Shown here one piece after another: positions 63,859 through 64,000 of a stretch of 64,000 bases of DNA. The stretch lies in contig CM052832.1 in assembly GCA_028534125.1 (NCBI GenBank), positions 17,548,001 to 17,612,000 of the forward strand, in the 5' to 3' direction. The DNA is from Lama glama (Eukaryota). The number at the start of each line of letters is the position of its first letter. Position 1 is the first letter of the stretch. The notes beneath the pieces are model-generated. The model was not told the origin of the DNA. It did not search any database and was given only the letters and a program-made list of their open reading frames with translations. The position numbers were made by a program, and so were the translations under genes.

Positions 63859-63999
63859 TTAATCTGACAGACTCGCATTGTGCTCCAAGTAAAAATGTGC
63901 AACATATCTCCGAAAATCCACGAGATCCAGAGAGGCCCCAGGGTAACAGGCTCTGTGTAGCTGCCATGCATTGCTCATGGCTACATCAATCATGTAGCT
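63859..63999 (-). CDS. PGBD1: PiggyBac transposable element-derived 1, C-terminal end (continues beyond the window)
   Basis: Minus strand translates SYMIDVAMSNAWQLHRACYPGASLDLVDFRRYVAHFYLEHNASLSD*, resembling the PGBD1 C-terminus (piggyBac-type NAW..H...FRR); ATTAAA at 63750-63755 on the minus strand; syntenic position and orientation fit. Confidence 0.88.
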   Translation of the reverse strand, partial: SYMIDVAMSNAWQLHRACYPGASLDLVDFRRYVAHFYLEHNASLSD

Positions 64000-64000
64000 C

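Overview
Mammalian genomic DNA, most likely a camelid (several tRNA-derived Vic-1-type SINEs plus cetartiodactyl-type L1 3' ends). It corresponds to the extended MHC class I region, in reverse orientation to human 6p22.1. Order: GPX6 exons 2-5 (selenoprotein form, in-frame TGA plus SECIS; exon 1 not found); three intact tRNA genes (Thr-CGT, Met-CAT, Thr-TGT) and a decayed tRNA-Leu; one intact family-2 olfactory receptor; ZSCAN23; ZSCAN12; a decayed tandem SCAN-zinc-finger paralog; the 5' part of a frameshifted ZSCAN31; and the 3' end of PGBD1 on the minus strand, which the ORF track misses. There are three assembly gaps. Main observations: (1) ZSCAN12 can splice from inside zinc finger 11 into the SCAN exon of the dead neighbouring paralog and gain an open 40-aa tail. 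(2) One promoter module is repeated five times, including an orphan copy and a decayed copy. (3) ZSCAN31 has a (AC)n frameshift and no visible downstream exons. (4) The ancestral ZSCAN23 ATG is GTG. (5) An AATAAA lies upstream of the GPX6 SECIS. Gene names rest on recalled protein sequences and synteny, not database searches. Repeat boundaries are approximate.
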